The notes beneath the pieces are model-generated. The model was given only the letters and a program-made list of their open reading frames with translations. It was not told the origin of the DNA and made no database searches. Shown here in pieces: positions 61,057 to 64,000 of a stretch of DNA of 64,000 nt; the first letter of the stretch is position 1; every line of letters begins with the position of its first letter. The DNA comes from Eledone cirrhosa (Eukaryota), in NCBI GenBank assembly GCA_964016885.1, contig OZ024740.1, forward strand, positions 352,780,001 through 352,844,000, written 5' to 3'. A program made the translations under genes and the position numbers.

Positions 61057-64000
61057 TCATCATCATCATCATCATCATCGTTTAACGTCCATCTTCCACG
61101 CTAGCATGGGTTTGGACGGGAATTTTCCCACTTGAGGCAAGATTGGTTGTCTTGCTCGTATAGGACTGTCTGGCGGGTTTTCTACAGCTGGCTGCCCTTC
61201 CTAACACCAACCACGTTTACAGTGTGGACTGGGAGGTTTTTACCATGTTACCTACACGGCCACATTACAGCGTGGACTGTGTGTTTTTTTGTCATGACAC
61301 CTACACGACCTTATTTGTTTTGGACTGGATGTTGTGGTACCAACATAACTTTACATTGAAAGGGGTGGTGTGGATGGGGTGGGGGTAGTGGGACGGGGGT
61401 GTATTTTTGTTAGAGGTGCCTACTGACTGTAGGTTTCGCTTTGTACTTAGGCAAGGCGGGTCTTCTCTATTACTGTGTAGCACCAAAGATCTCGGTCCAG
61501 TGACATTGTCTTGGAGAGGTGTAAGTGTGTGAGGTCGGAATTTATCAAGTCGTCCCAGGTTTTTCTGGGTCTGCCTACTCCGTGGCTACCGTCTATTTTT
61601 ATTGCCCTGCACTTTTTTATACAGCTGTCGTCTTTCATGCGCATCACGTGACCGTACCAACGTAGTCTTCTCTCAAGTAAACAACATCTGATCCCTCTTA
61701 TTGCTAATTTCTCCCTTAGTTCGTTTATGCTTTGCCGTTCACGTATATTACTATTACACATCCAACGGAGCATGCAAGCTTCGTTCCTCTCCAGTCTGCG
61801 TATATCCTCTGCACACAATGCCCAGGTCTCACTGCCATGTAACATTGCTGTTCGTATGCAGGCATCATACAGCCTGCCTTTCATTTTTAAAGAGAACCCT
61901 TTAGCGGCCAATAGTGGTATAAGCTCTCTGAACTTTTTCCATCCCGTTCTGACTCTAGCTACTGTACTTTCAGAGCACCCTCCACCACTGCTGATTTTGT
62001 CACCCAGGTAACGGAAGGTGTCCACTATTTATATAGAACCATCTGTGCAATGGAATGAGCTAGTATTCTGTGGGCACTTGCTGCTACTTATTGCACCAGA
62101 GCACCGGCCACATATAAAATCTATATTCTTAGTTAGCTTACCTGTGATCCCACTACATCTTTTATGCACCCATTCTTTGCATTTGGGACATAAAATGGAG
62201 TTTCTGCCTACTCCTTTCCTACACACTGAGCATGGCCATTTCCCAGATGGGACTGGTGCCCTATTTTCCTTCCTACAAACTAGAACTTTAGTCTTAGGTT
62301 AATTTTAAGGCCTTTTGATTCTAGGCCATGCTTCCATGTTTGGAATTTCTTCTCTAGTTCGGCCATTGATTCAGCTATGAGTGTTAGATCATCTGCGTAT
62401 AGGAGTTCCCATGGGCAGCCGGTTTTGAACTCCTCTGTTATAGCCTGAAGGGCAATAATAAATAGGAGGGGGCTAAGGACGGAGCCCTGATGAACACCAA
62501 CATTTGCGCTAAACTCTTCACTATATTCGTTGTTAATTCTAACCTTGCTGACTGTTTCTTTATACATGGCTTGTATAGCTCTCACAAGCCATTCATCAAC
62601 ACCTAGTTTTCTAAGAGCCCACCAGATAATGGAGCCGGGGACTCTGTCAAAGGCTTTCTCCAAGTCAACAAAAGCTAAGTATAGGGGTTTACTTTTAGCT
62701 AGGTACTTCTCCTGTAGTTGTCATACAATGAAAAGAGCGTCTGTGGTACTTTTACCTGACACAAACCCGAATTGCATTTCATCTAGATCAATTCGCTCTC
62801 TGATTAGTTGCGCTATTACTTTTTCTGTGACCTTCATGACCTGGTCGATTAATTTAATGCCTCTATAGTTACCCCTATCTAGGGCATCTCCTTTACCCTT
62901 GTAGCAGTTAATAATGATGCTGCTACGCCAGTCATTCGGAACGACCCCATTCTGTATGACTTGGTTTACTATCCGGGTGACTATAGTGTGTCCCACCGTT
63001 TCAGATGCTTTCAGCATTTCAGCAACTATTTCCGAAGGCCCAGCCGCCTTACCCATCTTCATATCTTTGATTGCCTTAATTATTACACTACCTTCAACTA
63101 GCACTGCTGGTCCCTCTATTGGATCGATGTGGGGGAAACTATCTTTCTCCCAATTATTCTCCTCATTTAGTAGCCTCTCGTAGTGACACTTCCAAGCTAC
63201 CTTTTTATCAGCGTCAGTGATGGCAAGTACACCATCATCATTAAGGACACACTTCTCCCCGACAATATCACGGTTTTCCTTGACACATTGCCTAGCAATC
63301 CTGAACACCTCACGTTTTTGGTCCTCGCGTTGTAGAACATGCTTGAACTTTCTTTCCTCTGCTTCCCTTCTTGCGAAGTACACTTGTCTCCTAGCTTCCC
63401 TCCTGGCCACTTGATAGTCTTCTCTACTTCCCCCATCCCGCCATACTTTCCAAGCTTGCTTTTTGGCCTTAATTGACTCCTCCACCTTACTGTTCTACCA
63501 CCACGTTACTCTCCTCCTGCCTATAGGCCTGCTCCAGCCACAGACATCATCTGCCGCCTTCAGCAGGTTAGCTTTCAGGAATTCCCACTGTTCCTCTATA
63601 TTGTACGACTCTAATTGCTCTTCCTTACGGTCAAAAGCATCAAGTAATATGCTTTTAAATTTATTACTGGCTGTGGAGTCCTTTAGCTTCCATATTTTTC
63701 TCCTGAGGATAGTCCCCCTCTGTTGTCGAGTACGTCTTGTCCTGACTATGAGGTCGCTGACTATGAGTCTATGTTGGGAGGTGCATTCTTCATGGGGGAG
63801 GGATTTAGTGTTTACAACAGACACTCTATCACGTCTTCTGGTAAGGATATAATCTATCTGTGTCATTTCCCACCCAGAAAAGCTTATAGCATCGTTTTTT
63901 ACCCACAATGAATCTAGCAGGCCCACCCCTCCACCTGGTCTCTTGGATACAGCAAACATCAACCTATTTACGTTCAAGCATTTCTACAACCTCATTAGAG
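61057..64000 (-). mobile_element. RTE LINE related to 2603-6555, frameshifted, with an APE-internal deletion; runs off the window end
   Basis: (CAT)n tail at 61057-61079. ORFs 61447-62025, 62029-62226 (Cys finger), 62280-62663 (LLYADDL) and 62721-63485. Near 63861, FWVGND is joined directly to QIDYIL, so the sequence matching ~5308-5743 of the first copy is absent. Confidence 0.9.

Overview
Eukaryotic, AT-rich, repeat-dense animal DNA. The SINE, RTE and mariner repertoire looks like an octopod cephalopod, but this is inferred from repeat motifs and not confirmed. The only host gene I can support is a fatty acyl-CoA reductase (FAR1/FAR2-like) on the + strand. Four internal coding exons (37438-37613, 56616-56688, 57653-57759, 60472-60649) splice in frame through canonical AG/GT sites and include the FHSAATIRF, HVSTAY and catalytic YTFTK motifs. 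Its N-terminal NADPH-binding exon is not visible and may lie upstream or in the 200-N scaffold gap at 36455-36654. Everything else is intronic or flanking transposon sequence. Retroelements: RTE LINEs with a PHD-type finger after the RT core, a GC-rich CRE-like RT plus restriction-like-endonuclease element with an N-terminal PHD finger (and a second divergent fragment), Tx1/L1-like ORF2 and ORF1 pieces, two CR1 copies, an Expander-like RTE, a solo LTR and many tRNA-derived SINEs. DNA elements: D34D, D37D and D41D Tc1/mariner relics, six TTAA-flanked piggyBac-like MITEs, a foldback element and a probable non-autonomous Helitron. There is also a short repeat family carrying a hammerhead-ribozyme-like core. 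No transposon ORF is intact. All calls come from reading the sequence by eye; no searches were run.
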